Made by a program: the position numbers and the translations under genes. Source: Candidatus Latescibacterota bacterium (GTDB lineage Bacteria > Latescibacterota > UBA2968 > GCA-2709665). From it: a DNA stretch of 64,000 nt. This document shows positions 41,595 through 51,280 of the stretch, in pieces. Each line of letters starts with the position of its first letter. The first letter of the stretch is position 1. The stretch covers positions 96,001-160,000 of the forward strand of contig CBDDDZ010000002.1 of assembly GCA_965226795.1 (NCBI GenBank), written 5' to 3'. Below the pieces are notes generated by a model that made no database searches, was not told the DNA's origin, and saw only the letters and a program-made list of their open reading frames with translations.

Positions 41595-42189
41595 ATGGCC
41601 GGCCTGAGCGCGGATCAGCTTTCCGCCTATCTTGATGACGGCTTTTTGCTGCTGGAGGATGTGCTGTCACCGGCGGATCTGCAGCCGCTGATCGACGACA
41701 TCACGGCGGGGATCGACCGGAAGGCGCGGGAGGCCGTTTCAGAAGGAAGGCTGTGCGATCCGTTCGAGGGCGCACCCTTTGACCGGCGACTGACGCGTAT
41801 CTCCGACGCAACGGACGATCCGTCGGAGATCGAAAGGGAGGTGACCGGCAAGCCGCCGGTCCGGTCTTCGCCCGCACGGCGTACTCCCGGATTATCCGAA
41901 CGAGGGGATCCTCGCGAGGTGGGTTCCCGAGGGGCGGCCCATCGCCTGTCCGGTGCGGAAGGGCGGTCTGGTGGTGTTCCAGCACAAGACGGCGCACCGG
42001 TCCTTTCCGAATCGGACGGACCGCATCCGCTGGAGCCTGGATGTTCGATACTCGGATCCATCGAAACCCACGGGGCGGGACGAGGTGCCAGGATTCGTCG
42101 CGCGCAGCAGGGCACATCCGGAGCGGGTCGCGAAAACCCACGTGGATTGGTTGCGGCTGATGGACGGCGTGGACGCGTCGCTTTTTTGA
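41595..42189 (+). pseudogene. PhyH-family dioxygenase with internal deletion/frameshift
   Basis: N-terminus (YLDDGFLLLEDVL) and C-terminus (KGGLVVFQHKTAHRSFPNRTDRIRWSLDVRY) lie in different frames; the HxD segment is missing; junction near 41855. Confidence 0.7.
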
Positions 42190-42277
42190 GTAGGTCGGAC
42201 TGAAGAAGCGACAGCGTGGCCTCCTGGCTCGGAATAAATCGCCGCTCGATGTTTTCCGGAAACGCAGGTGGGCGCCG

Positions 42278-44098
42278 TTATTCACCCGCATGCGCCAGGG
42301 CCTTGTCGACTTTTTCCGTCCACGGGTCTGCGACGCGGGCTTCGTATCTGCCGTCGTTGAAGTAAGCTGCCTTGGGCATGTTACGGTCTTCCAGGATTGC
42401 CTGCCGGTGTGCCCTCTTGAGACGCGGTCTGAGTTTGCGAAGGCCCGCGGCCTTCTCCCGGGCCTCCGGCCCGGAGGGACCGGCGAGGACTTCGTCTGCA
42501 ACGTGCCAGCCGCGGATGAGGGTTGCGGGAAATTGGAACCAGCGGCGGATGTAGTCGATTCTCAGCCGGACAAGCGGGTCTCGCGTGGCGCTGTACGCGC
42601 GGGCCAGCGTGGCTTCGAGGACGTCCGCGTCGCCGGTCGTGTAACAGTCGACCTGTTGGCGCAGTCCGCCCAGGCCCTGGAACCACCGGCCCCGGCGTGG
42701 GCGCCGCCAGATGGATTCGAGAAGGTCGTAGAACGCGCGGACCTCGCCCGCCGCCCCGCCGAACAGACGCGTGAAGAACTCTTCGAGAAGCTTTTCCGGG
42801 TCCTGGTCGGCGTTCCACCAGAGCCTGGAGGCCAGCCAGATCTGGGGGCCAACGGCAGGCCAGTGGGGATAGGCTTCGGCGTAGAAGCCCTTGACGCCCG
42901 CGCTGTGCTGGAACTTGATGTCGTCGGCCATCAGGCGCGGGAAGTAACGCGGAAGCACCCAGCCCAGGCCGTAATAGTCGTACTTGCAGACGTGGTCGCA
43001 CTGTTTGAGCCAGGCGAGGATGAATTCCCGGTCTTTGTCCCGGTATTCGGAATCCAGGTGCTGTGCGGTGTCCTGGGTGAGGTAAATGGCCGTATTGGGC
43101 TCGAGGCGTTCGATGCGTCTGGGCGTCTCCTCCACGTTATGGTAGGCCAGGCATCCCACAAATTTTCCGGGATGGGATTCCTGCAGCGCACGGGCCACGG
43201 CGTTGAAGTAGGTGAACCACCGGTCGGAGTAGATCGGGCGTTCACGGAATTTCAGACCCGGAACGTCGAGCGCACGGCAGTTGTCGCACAGGCAGAAGTT
43301 CCCGTTGTCATTCATGCCCAGAGAGAAACAGTGCGCCTCCGGGTGCTCGTCGAAATAGGCCCGCGTTTCCCGGATGGTGATATCCACGACGTCCGGGTTG
43401 CTGGTGCATGGTTGCCCGAACAGGCCGTTGCTCACCGTGTCGCTCTCGGGGACGAGGCGCTCTCCATCGATGAGCGCGTAGTACTCCGGATTCGTCTTTC
43501 CGTATCGGGCGACCGGAAAGATCTTGTACAGGGCGTGGTGGAAGCCGGCATAGGGCAGTTCGTGCCTGCGGCTGGAGACGCGGTTGCGGCGTTCCCAGCG
43601 ATGTCCCTCCAGCCCGGCGATTCCGCTGAAGACGCGGAAGAGGAAGTGGGGGGTTCTGGTTTCGTTTACCGGCGCAATTTTCAGAGTGGTTTGCAACGGG
43701 ATGTCTTCGAAGAGTTCGCCGGGCATGAACCAGCGCACGTCGAGGTGGTCTTCCAGCAGGCCGTAAACGCCGTAGGACGTGCCGGCGTCGCTTCCGCCGA
43801 GGATGAAGAGATCCCTGCCCGCCGTGTGGATGCGATACCCCTCCACGCCGGCGTCTCCGGCATCCAGGTTCAGCGACCGGGCGTACGCGGTGGCCCCCAC
43901 GTGGATGGCCGTTCTGCCCCGGGGCGCCGGCTTACCGCCGTCCGTTCCCATCGGGGGCGCCATCCCGGTGATTTTTTCGAGGATGGCCTGCAGGTCCGCG
44001 GCGGCGTCGCGAAGCGTATCTCCGGCGCCATCGGGCACGATGATGGCGGTACGGGACTGGCCCCGGTCCGCCAGAGTGAGCGTTCTAAATTGGCGCAT
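42278..44098 (-). CDS. DUF4838 domain protein (putative glycoside hydrolase-like)
   Basis: GTSYGVYGLLEDHLDVRWFMPG, QPCTSNPDV, SLGMNDNGNFCLCDNC, GCLAY. Confidence 0.75.
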   Translation of the reverse strand: MRQFRTLTLADRGQSRTAIIVPDGAGDTLRDAAADLQAILEKITGMAPPMGTDGGKPAPRGRTAIHVGATAYARSLNLDAGDAGVEGYRIHTAGRDLFILGGSDAGTSYGVYGLLEDHLDVRWFMPGELFEDIPLQTTLKIAPVNETRTPHFLFRVFSGIAGLEGHRWERRNRVSSRRHELPYAGFHHALYKIFPVARYGKTNPEYYALIDGERLVPESDTVSNGLFGQPCTSNPDVVDITIRETRAYFDEHPEAHCFSLGMNDNGNFCLCDNCRALDVPGLKFRERPIYSDRWFTYFNAVARALQESHPGKFVGCLAYHNVEETPRRIERLEPNTAIYLTQDTAQHLDSEYRDKDREFILAWLKQCDHVCKYDYYGLGWVLPRYFPRLMADDIKFQHSAGVKGFYAEAYPHWPAVGPQIWLASRLWWNADQDPEKLLEEFFTRLFGGAAGEVRAFYDLLESIWRRPRRGRWFQGLGGLRQQVDCYTTGDADVLEATLARAYSATRDPLVRLRIDYIRRWFQFPATLIRGWHVADEVLAGPSGPEAREKAAGLRKLRPRLKRAHRQAILEDRNMPKAAYFNDGRYEARVADPWTEKVDKALAHAGE

Positions 44099-44099
44099 G

Positions 44100-45350
44100 T
44101 CAGTGTCCTCCCTGGTGAGGATGAGGTTCGACCGGTTTCTCCTCGTGAAGAAACCGTGGCGTCAGACGCCGGCTGATCTCCGGATAGATGGCGATGAAGT
44201 GGTCACGCATGGTCGGAAACTGAAACGCCTCGGCGGTTTCGAATTCCGTTTCGAGATCCTGTTTGCGGGGCATGTGGCAGTCGATGCAGTTGGTGTGGAT
44301 CGCGTCCCCGAGTTCGGCGGCCATGCCGCAGGCGTGGATCTCGTGGCACGTGGCGCAACGCCGGGAGAACAGGGCAAGGTCTCCGCGCTCCAGCGCGTGC
44401 GGGTTGTGGCAGGTGATGCAGGTCATCGTTGAGCTCTGTTGGAAGCATTTCGATTTGGTCAGGCGTGGAAGCTGGTTGGTGCTGTGCACGCCGATTTTGT
44501 TCTGTTCTTCGGGGGCGTCGAGTTCCAGGTATTCGTGTAGAGCCGCGCCTGGACGGAAGGAAAAGGGCCGCCGGCGCGGGTTGCCTACGCCGGAATGGCA
44601 TTGGGCGCAGAGATCGATCAATCGTGGGGGTTCGAGCCGTCCCGGGTGCAGAATGTACGGCATTTCCTTCGCATCGGGATGCGTGCGCTGATAGGTCGCG
44701 TGGCCCGCGCCGGGCCCGTGACACCGCTCGCAGGAGATGCCAGGCACGAAACGATCCCTGTTGTATGCGTTACTGGAATAGGATTCCGATTCGAACCAGG
44801 TTGCGTGGCACTCCAGGCATCGGGGGACGACTCCACGGGAGAAGTTCACCTCGCCGTCCGCATAGCCCGGGCTGTTGATCCAACGCTGCTGCTGAGTAAA
44901 GTAGGAGATGGGCAACTGGTAAAGGCGGTCACCCTGCCAGAAGAGATAGGTCTGTCCGATTTTTCCGGAGCCGGTGACAATGTCGATGCGCTCGGTCCGC
45001 CGGTAGGTGCCCTCTCCTTTACCGATAATGGCGGTCTGATAGAATCCGGTTTCGTCGGCGGTGATTTCGAAGCGAAGATTCGGGTTCCGGGTTCGGACGA
45101 TGGCGTGGTCGGGAGAGAAACTGCCCAAAATCGATCCGGAATCGGGCAAACGGGAGGTGAGATGGTGTGCTGTGCGCCGGAACTCCTCGAATCGGTCCCG
45201 GTGGCATTCCGCACATGCCTGGGCGCCAATGTAGCCCGATGAACGGGTTTTGCCCTTCGCCTCCCTGCTGTCCGCCAGGATCCGGGCGGCTAAGAGAGAC
45301 AGCAGCAGCAGAAATACGAGTACGGTTAGCCTGTAGCGGGATCTTGCCAT
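44100..45350 (-). CDS. Multiheme c-type cytochrome (c554/c3-like, 7 CxxCH)
   Basis: Signal/TM; CAECH, CLECH, CERCH, CAQCH, CITCH, CATCH, CIDCH. Confidence 0.85.
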   Translation of the reverse strand: MARSRYRLTVLVFLLLLSLLAARILADSREAKGKTRSSGYIGAQACAECHRDRFEEFRRTAHHLTSRLPDSGSILGSFSPDHAIVRTRNPNLRFEITADETGFYQTAIIGKGEGTYRRTERIDIVTGSGKIGQTYLFWQGDRLYQLPISYFTQQQRWINSPGYADGEVNFSRGVVPRCLECHATWFESESYSSNAYNRDRFVPGISCERCHGPGAGHATYQRTHPDAKEMPYILHPGRLEPPRLIDLCAQCHSGVGNPRRRPFSFRPGAALHEYLELDAPEEQNKIGVHSTNQLPRLTKSKCFQQSSTMTCITCHNPHALERGDLALFSRRCATCHEIHACGMAAELGDAIHTNCIDCHMPRKQDLETEFETAEAFQFPTMRDHFIAIYPEISRRLTPRFLHEEKPVEPHPHQGGH

Positions 45351-45446
45351 AGCGGTTTCAAATTTCGCATGACAGATGGACCGGCGATAGCGAAATTATG
45401 CGTGCGGAACCGCCGGATGTCAAACGAAAACTCGAAAGGCGGCGCC

Positions 45447-46469
45447 ATGTCGAAGAAGCGGATCGCGATTGTGGGAGCCGGGAACATGGCCCGGACACGC
45501 GGAAGGGCGTTTCTGGATACCGGCCGGGCGGAAATCTGCGCGGTGGCTTCGCGGCGTCGGGAGCGCGCTGAAATCTGCGCGAGTGAGTTGGGTTGCGCCG
45601 TTTTTGACGATGATTTCCGGAAGCTGGCCGATACCCGCCCCGACGCGATCCTGATTGAGGTCCCGCATCGCGTTCAGGACGAGGTGACCATTTGGGCGCT
45701 GAATGCAGGCTACGACCTTCTCGTCGGCGGCTGTCTCGCGTCGAGTATGGAAAATGGGCGCCGCATCGTGGAGATGGCGAACCGGTCTGGGCGGATCGTG
45801 GAGGCCGGGTTTCAGCGCCGATACGACCGGGCCTGGGAGGAGATCCGGCGCCTGGTCGCGGGCGGTGATCTGGGCGAGCCGGTGATGGCCGCGACCATGG
45901 CCCTCTGGAACCCGGATCCGGATGGGTGGTACTATAGCCAGGAGGCCAGCGGGGGCATGCCGCTGACCCACATGAGCTACTGCGATCTGAACGCCGTCCG
46001 CTGGATTCTGGGCAGGCCGACCACCGTATCCGCGATGGCCAATCGGAAGCGGAATACGGCGCCCGGTCACGTTACGGAGGAGACATGCGGGGCCCTGATC
46101 GGATTTGAAAACGGAGCGTTCGCTTCGGCCACAGCCAGCTATATTGGCCCCGATGGGATGCCTGACCCGCAGCCGCGATTTGTCTGTACGGAGGGTGGCA
46201 TCCTGCCCAATGCCGACAGCCCGCCGGGAAAGAATTCCATTACCATCTTTCGGGAGGGCCGCTCGGAGGTTCGGGAATTCGAAAACGAGCCGTCTTCGAC
46301 TGTCCGGCAGGCTGGCGCTTTTCTCGATGCGATAGAGCGTCGCCGCGAATCCCGAAATCCACCCGAGGACGCCCTGCTGGACGTCGAAATTGCCGATGCG
46401 GTCTCCATCTCGGCCAGGGAACACCGGACGGTCTCGCTGGCGGAGATTCGATCGGGAGGATCGGTATGA
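45447..46469 (+). CDS. Gfo/Idh/MocA family oxidoreductase
   Basis: IAIVGAGNMA Rossmann motif, GFQRRY; the EKP motif is replaced by GGC. Confidence 0.8.
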   Translation: MSKKRIAIVGAGNMARTRGRAFLDTGRAEICAVASRRRERAEICASELGCAVFDDDFRKLADTRPDAILIEVPHRVQDEVTIWALNAGYDLLVGGCLASSMENGRRIVEMANRSGRIVEAGFQRRYDRAWEEIRRLVAGGDLGEPVMAATMALWNPDPDGWYYSQEASGGMPLTHMSYCDLNAVRWILGRPTTVSAMANRKRNTAPGHVTEETCGALIGFENGAFASATASYIGPDGMPDPQPRFVCTEGGILPNADSPPGKNSITIFREGRSEVREFENEPSSTVRQAGAFLDAIERRRESRNPPEDALLDVEIADAVSISAREHRTVSLAEIRSGGSV

Positions 46470-47308
46470 CAGTGGTGGAGTTGTGGCCGGGCACGGTTCC
46501 CGGAGATGTCGGTATAGACGGTCAGGAGAAGAGGCGCATCCACGACTCCAGGTTCGTGGGGAACACGCTGCTGATCACCAACGTCACCCGACCTTCCCTG
46601 GCGGTACACCTCCCTCCGGCGGAGAAGAACACGGGCACTGCCATGCTCATCTGCCCGGGAGGAGGGTATTGGGATCTCTATTGGGATCTGGAAGGTGAGG
46701 AGGTTGCGGCCTGGCTGAATTCCCGGGGCGTGGCCGGTATCATTCTGAAATACAGGGTTCCGCGCCGTCCGGGCGATGTGAAAGGGGTTCCGCCGGCCGG
46801 CCCCCTGGCGGACGCCCAGCGTGCGGTCAGTATGGTACGTAGCCATGCGAGCGAATGGTGTATTGATCCCAAACGTATCGGTATGGTAGGTTTCTCCGCG
46901 GGGGGTCACCTGGCGCTGGCGACCGCCACCGGTTTCCAGGACCGAAGCTACCAGCAAATTGACGCAATCGATGCCGTGAGTTGCCGGCCGGACTTTTCCG
47001 TGTTATGTTACTCGGGGTACCTGAAGGATAGGGACCGCGATGAGGTTTTGGAAGGGATTCACATTCCGGCCGATACGCCTCCTGTGTTTCTGACCCACGC
47101 CAGCGACGACAGCGAATCCGAGGTCGCCCACAGCGTGATCATGTACCTGGCGCTACACCGGGCCGGGGTTCCGACAGAATTGCATGTCTACGCAACCGGC
47201 GAGCATGATTATGGTGTACGCCAAAACGGCGAGCTGCCTTCCAGTTGGCCGCAGCTATGCCTCAAGTGGCTACGCAGCAGGGGTCTGCTCTCTGAACCTC
47301 CAGGTTGA
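46466..47308 (+). CDS. Alpha/beta hydrolase (acetyl-xylan esterase/BD-FAE-like)
   Basis: ICPGGGY, LKYRVP, GFSAGG nucleophile, ELHVY..GEH; ATGA overlap. Confidence 0.85.
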   Translation: MTVVELWPGTVPGDVGIDGQEKRRIHDSRFVGNTLLITNVTRPSLAVHLPPAEKNTGTAMLICPGGGYWDLYWDLEGEEVAAWLNSRGVAGIILKYRVPRRPGDVKGVPPAGPLADAQRAVSMVRSHASEWCIDPKRIGMVGFSAGGHLALATATGFQDRSYQQIDAIDAVSCRPDFSVLCYSGYLKDRDRDEVLEGIHIPADTPPVFLTHASDDSESEVAHSVIMYLALHRAGVPTELHVYATGEHDYGVRQNGELPSSWPQLCLKWLRSRGLLSEPPG

Positions 47309-47317
47309 CTGGCATCG

Positions 47318-47932
47318 AGTGTTCTGACCCGGAAATAGATTGCCGAAATTCGGCCGACCAGTTGCAGCAACAACAGCTATCAGCCGTCAGCTTGAATCAA
47401 AAACCCAATCCGTTGACGTCAACGTCGTGACCTCTCCCCCCGGCCCCCTCTCCTAAAGGAAAGGGGGTGGAAAACCTATATATCTAGCGGACGCCGGCAA
47501 TGACGAGATTCGGCTCACACGGAGACACGAAGACACAAAGGAAAAGACAGCGATCAGTGTTCGGTTGTTAGCTAAAACCGCGAGGCCATGCGGCGGGCCT
47601 TGCCGGTTTACCCCACCTGGAACCGGTGGTGTGGGGGCTTTTCCGCGCTAATCCGTTCAGCAACGTGGTACGGCGTCGCTCCCGAAGGGCCTCAGGGCAA
47701 TGCAATTCTTTAGTTCCTTCGAGGCGATTCGCGGAAAAGCAGCCCCGCGGCGTCTGAGCGGCGCCCTTCTTTTTCGCCCTTTTTCTTGGGCGATGCAAGA
47801 AAAAGGGCATGGGAATAGGGGACGTTAGGGGGTGGTGAGACGCGGTTGCTTCGACAAACTCGGTGCAGGCAATGCAGCGAGACGGGATGAATCGGCGGAA
47901 GAGTGGAAACATATTTCAGGGACGAGACACCA
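47318..47932 (-). mobile_element. TIR-MITE copy whose two ends enclose a stack of other repeats
   Basis: AGTGTTCTGACCCGGAAATAGATTGCCGAAATTCGGCCG at 47318 and GACGGGATGAATCGGCGG...TATTTCAGGGACGAGACACCA at 47881-47932. Confidence 0.6.
47605..47838 (+). repeat. ~230-nt structured dispersed element, copy 3
   Basis: GCTTTTCCGCG...CGCGGAAAAGC stem; same hairpin and tail as copy 1. Confidence 0.8.
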
Positions 47933-47984
47933 AATATAGGGCTAATTTGTGAATTGATCGGGATAGCATGGAAAAAGTATACGG

Positions 47985-50816
47985 ATGTTCAGCGAAAAAC
48001 ATCGAATGTTGAGAGCGTTGCACCGTTTGATCGTCGCAACGCTCTTCTTTTCCGTCTCAATAGACGCCGAGGAGACCCACGTCATGAAAACCGGAGAAGG
48101 TACCAGTGCTCCCACACCGTCCAGGACTTTTGCCGTTAGCGGATCGGTCGTCATGCAGGCGGAGGCCGCCGGGATCGATCCCGGTCGAGCAGAGGTCGTA
48201 GCGCAAGGCTCGTTCACCGGTGGGAAAGGCGTCTCGCTCAAGGCTGGTCTGGCCGCCAACGTGGGGTCGCCAGGTACCGAACCGGATCTGGTTTTCAAGG
48301 TGCGGGCTTCCAGGGCCGGGCGGTACGTGATTCGCACGCACGCGGCCACGGACGCCAGGGGCAGCGAGGCGATGCGCGAGGCCGGGACCAAGCATGATTC
48401 GCCGCACCTGATGATCGCTGTCGGCGGTGGCCGCCCCACCAGACGCGTGGTGTTCGTGCCGTGGAGCCGTTCGGAGAGCTGCACGCAGGTGACGGGCAAG
48501 TTCGATCTCAACGGACAGGAGCAGGAGATCCGGATCTGGCTGCCGGAGAACGTGCGCCTCGATTACCTCGATGTCAGCCCTTACACGCCTCCGGAAGTGC
48601 CGGCGGCCGTGACCGCCTACCGGCCGACGGTCGTTCCTCCGGCATCCCGGCCGCGCATCTGGGTGAATGAGCAGTCGCTGCCGAAGGTTCGGGCGAACCT
48701 CACGAAAGGTGAAAACGCGCCGCTTTGGACCCAAGTGAGGGAAATGGCGGCCGAACCATTCGCATTTAGAGTTAAACCGGGTACGGAAGTCAGCTATAAC
48801 CCCGGACTCGAGAAAGCGGCCGTAGCCAGGGCTTTCCTTTACCTGATGAATGGCGAAAAGACGCGCGGCCGGGAAGCGGTAGCGCTGATCCGCGACTACC
48901 TCGCCGCAGTCGAATTCGGAAATCTGCTCGACATTACCCGCGAAATCGGCCGGGCCATCTACTCGGCCGCACAGGTTTACGACTGGTGCTACGAGCTGAT
49001 GACACCCGACGACAGGGACAGCATCCGTGGCGATCTCATGCGCCTCGCCGACGACATGGAAATCGGCTGGCCGCCGTTCAAGCAGATGATCGTCAACGGC
49101 CATGGCAACGAGGCGCAGGTCAACCGCGATCTGCTCTGCATGGCCATCGCGATCTACGACGAGGATCCGGTGCCGTATCGCTACTGCTCCTACCGCATGC
49201 TTGAAGAGCTGGTGCCGATGCGCCGGTTCGAATACCAATCCCCGCGCCACAACCAGGGCGTCAGTTACGGCCCGTACCGGTTCGGCTGGGATATGCACGC
49301 CGCCTGGCTCTTATACCGCATGGCCGGCGAGCGGGTTTTCGATGACAACATCGCGGATGTCTGCAAGTTCTGGCTTTACATGCGCCTGCCGAACGAAGAG
49401 ACCCTGCGGGACGGCGACGGATTTTCCGACGGCAGGCCCGCAAGTCTCGGAGCTACCGCACTGCTCAGCTACGCCTACAGCAACGATCCGGTCATCAAGC
49501 GCGACTTCGAGCGGCAGGGCGGGCTGTCCTCCGATCCGATCCTGGTGCTGCTGCTGAACGACCCGGACCTGGAGGCGGCGACGAATTTTGATTCATTGCC
49601 GCTCACCCTCGATTTTGGCCCGGTCATCGGTTCAATGGTTGCCCGAACCGGCTGGAACATGGGCCGGGGTGTGTCCGACGTGGTGGTGGAAATGAAGGGC
49701 GGGGGGTATCACTTCGGCAATCACCAGCACGCTGACGCCGGCAGTTTCCAGATCTACTACGGCGGGCTGCAGGCGGCTGACCTGGGGCAGTACCATTTCT
49801 ATGGAACGCCCTACGATTTCAACTTCTGCAAGCGTTCGATCTCGCACAGCATGATGCTGGCGGTCGATCCTGACGAGGAGTTCCATCGCAACGCTGCCAA
49901 CGATGGAGGCACCCGTTTCATTCAATCCTGCCCCACTACACCGGAACAGGCACGTACGGATCCGACATTTGCCAACGGGGCCGTCCTGTCGGCCGACTTC
50001 GGCCCGTCTCCACAGCGGCCGTTCTACAGCTACTTCTCGGTCAACCTGACATCGGCGTACAGCAAGAAGATCGTGGACTACGTCCGGACCTTCTGCTTCC
50101 TCAACCTCGACAACGCCCGGACCCCTGCGGTGCTGATCGTCCTGGACAACATGACCACCGCCAGGCCGGAGTTCAGGAAATACTGGCAGGTCAACACCCT
50201 CAGCCCGCCTGAAACCACGGCCGACGGCGTCATCCTGAGAAACAGCAACTCTGAAGTGAGCGGCAAAGTCACTCTCCGAATGCTACGACCGAAGGCGGGT
50301 GAGCGGAACCTGCAGGTCCTGAGCGGCAAGGACGCCAACAGCGTGTTCGGGCAGTTCTTCACACCACCAAAACCCGACCGACCGGAAGCGAACGGCCATC
50401 GCGTGCTGTTCTCGCCCGCCAAAGAGCAGGGCAACGATGTGTTTCTGACGGTCATGTCGATGTCCGATGATAAGGGGCCGGATCTGCCGGTTGATCTTGT
50501 GGAACTTCCTGAGGCCTTCGTTGTCACACTGGCCGACCGGGTGGTGGTCCTGAGCAGGACCGGTAAACTGCTCACGCAGGCGCTGCATGTGGACGTCGGG
50601 GCCGATGAGAGCTGCCAGTTGCTGCTGGCCGGCCTGGCTCCGGGCGCATGGAGTATCCGCGGCCAGGACGGTAAGGTCCGGTTCAACACCCGCGTCGACG
50701 CCAACCGGAACACCGCGTTTTTCGTGGTTCCCGGCGGGGAATATACGGTTCAGCCCGAAGCCATCCCTGGTGCGACCGAGTTCCAGGCCGCACCGGACTT
50801 CATGCCCGCCCTCTGA
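47985..50816 (+). CDS. Secreted heparin lyase II-like protein (PL21-like, heparinase II/III)
   Basis: Signal peptide; GHGNEAQVNRDLL, HNQGVSYG, MVARTGW, NHQHADAGSFQIYY, SISHSMML. Confidence 0.8.
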   Translation: MFSEKHRMLRALHRLIVATLFFSVSIDAEETHVMKTGEGTSAPTPSRTFAVSGSVVMQAEAAGIDPGRAEVVAQGSFTGGKGVSLKAGLAANVGSPGTEPDLVFKVRASRAGRYVIRTHAATDARGSEAMREAGTKHDSPHLMIAVGGGRPTRRVVFVPWSRSESCTQVTGKFDLNGQEQEIRIWLPENVRLDYLDVSPYTPPEVPAAVTAYRPTVVPPASRPRIWVNEQSLPKVRANLTKGENAPLWTQVREMAAEPFAFRVKPGTEVSYNPGLEKAAVARAFLYLMNGEKTRGREAVALIRDYLAAVEFGNLLDITREIGRAIYSAAQVYDWCYELMTPDDRDSIRGDLMRLADDMEIGWPPFKQMIVNGHGNEAQVNRDLLCMAIAIYDEDPVPYRYCSYRMLEELVPMRRFEYQSPRHNQGVSYGPYRFGWDMHAAWLLYRMAGERVFDDNIADVCKFWLYMRLPNEETLRDGDGFSDGRPASLGATALLSYAYSNDPVIKRDFERQGGLSSDPILVLLLNDPDLEAATNFDSLPLTLDFGPVIGSMVARTGWNMGRGVSDVVVEMKGGGYHFGNHQHADAGSFQIYYGGLQAADLGQYHFYGTPYDFNFCKRSISHSMMLAVDPDEEFHRNAANDGGTRFIQSCPTTPEQARTDPTFANGAVLSADFGPSPQRPFYSYFSVNLTSAYSKKIVDYVRTFCFLNLDNARTPAVLIVLDNMTTARPEFRKYWQVNTLSPPETTADGVILRNSNSEVSGKVTLRMLRPKAGERNLQVLSGKDANSVFGQFFTPPKPDRPEANGHRVLFSPAKEQGNDVFLTVMSMSDDKGPDLPVDLVELPEAFVVTLADRVVVLSRTGKLLTQALHVDVGADESCQLLLAGLAPGAWSIRGQDGKVRFNTRVDANRNTAFFVVPGGEYTVQPEAIPGATEFQAAPDFMPAL

Positions 50817-51280
50817 TAGATTGCGGGCTGAACGCGATCTTGAAAGAAGGGTGATATACAGGTGTTTGTGAATCCGTGGGTATGCGACGTCTGAAAGATG
50901 TCAGGCACCTGCGTCGGTTCCGCTTTTTCGCCCGTCGACTGCCCCGAAACGATGCGGTTGCGATCCCGGCACGATGCGTCAGAACACCACGTTAACGAAG
51001 GAGATGGGGCTGGGGCGGGGGTACCAGAGCCGGCAGCTTCTCCAGGAGTACCAGGGTGAGATCAGGAGAAGGAGCGTACCTGCCGACCACGGCGTTTTGT
51101 GCTCGAAGCTAAGCTATTCGGAAGCGAGGACACGTAGGCATCACGACGCCGGCACAGGTCAGGCTACCTGGCCGCATAGCCAATCGAGCCTCCGCAGCTG
51201 GCTGGAGTTGCTGCAGGTAGGATGATGTCTGAGGGCGCGGGAGTACCGGCATACGAACGAACTTTAAGGGCGAAAGTCAC

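Noticed and set aside
42290..44176. Long antisense/shadow ORFs (e.g. 42290..44176+, 14898..16580-, 37381..38805-)
   Set aside because: Expected in high-GC DNA opposite well-supported genes; no recognisable motifs
28704..47912. Small minus-strand ORFs sharing PFFLxRPRKRAxKKGAA (28704..28895, 33824..34090/33832..34035, 47568..47912)
   Set aside because: Translations of the 230-nt repeat; frames and lengths are not conserved and the variation preserves base-pairing, not codons
50974..51225. 83-aa ORF / possible tyrosine-integrase C-terminal remnant (LLQEYQG...AYLPTTAFCA across frames)
   Set aside because: Similarity too short and degenerate to support; no att site or tRNA visible
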